Source of the DNA: Podarcis tiliguerta
Lineage: Eukaryota
Reading direction: 5' to 3' (one strand)
DNA: 64,000 nt
NCBI GenBank assembly: GCA_965153285.1
Contig: OZ229117.1
In this document: positions 63,201-64,000 of the stretch, in pieces
Position numbering within the stretch: the stretch's first letter is position 1
Layout: each line of letters opens with the position of its first letter
Made by a program: the position numbers and the translations under genes
The notes under the pieces: generated by a model
The model's input: only the letters and a program-made list of their open reading frames with translations
Told to the model about the DNA's origin: nothing
Database searches by the model: none

Positions 63201-64000
63201 TTGGGTGGATGTGTTCAAGGTTAAAATTCAAAATGGTAATATATCTTAAGAGCATTTCTTGTGGTTCTTTATTTTTTAATATCTCATAACTATTCAGTGC
63301 TACCAACAAACAGCCCCCTCCCTTTTTGTTAAAGGAAAAGACCACTGCAATAGACTCTAAATATTTTAAAGAAAACCAAGCCATAAGGCAAAATGGTTCC
63401 AGATTGATACTGCATGAATATTGATGCAACATTTTAATAATGTTGAAACATTCAAAGTCTGATTCACTAACAATGTCACTTATTCTTATCTTTGCACATT
63501 GATGACCAGATGTTGAAAGCTAAGAGGGGCATTCCATTGTTTGAGTCACTTTTCTTATTAGTCTTATGAGTGACAACAAGAGCAGAAGACACCATATTAA
63601 AGCTATTTATCTGCTTCAAGGCTGAAATCCTTAAATGGTCTAACAACTATAAATAATAAGGGAGCAGGTTGCTAGTCTATGAATTAGTGCCTAGTTCTGC
63701 ATTTAGCTACAAAGAAACAAACATTCAGTCTTCGTCATTTGATATACCGGTTTGCTTGTACAGTGATTTTTCTTTAGATATATATGTTTCACAGTTTTAT
63801 GCTTATGTTATTTGTTGAATCCAAAGGCTACATCAGTTGGATACTGACAAGATTTGACAAGAGAACTGTGCAGGACAGTAGCAGGAAGTTCTGATCCTGA
63901 TCAGCATCTAATGGACAAGGCATCAAGGCAACAAACCTTGGAAGTTGTGTCAGAAATGGGATGGAACCAATTGTGGGTTTTTCTGTTCCTGCAACCATGG

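Overview
This is vertebrate, AT-rich and almost entirely non-coding DNA from a squamate reptile. It is probably a lacertid lizard, judging by the Sauria SINE, BovB, L2, CR1 and MITE families present. No complete protein-coding gene is recognisable, and nearly all ORFs in the track are repeat fragments, microsatellite read-throughs or chance ORFs. The window looks like intronic or intergenic sequence. A few small minus-strand exon candidates of an unidentified large-intron gene are present (best: 10523-10633 and a GC-AG micro-exon at 1728-1763), along with several AT-rich, homeodomain-site-rich putative enhancers. The repeat content includes 4 Sauria SINEs with TSDs, 2 BovB 3' ends, many CR1 and L2 fragments, hAT and Tc1/mariner MITEs, and solo LTRs, often nested. 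The most unusual signal is a family of three highly diverged LTR-like modules (about 47.5-48.3 kb, 58.0-58.7 kb and 37.4-37.7 kb), possibly termini of DIRS/Ngaro-type tyrosine-recombinase retrotransposons. They have lost most primary similarity but keep one multi-stem RNA fold with compensatory base changes. In two copies this fold lies between a TATA-like box and a poly(A) signal. Four copies of the family's terminal motif cluster around the 47.5 kb copy.
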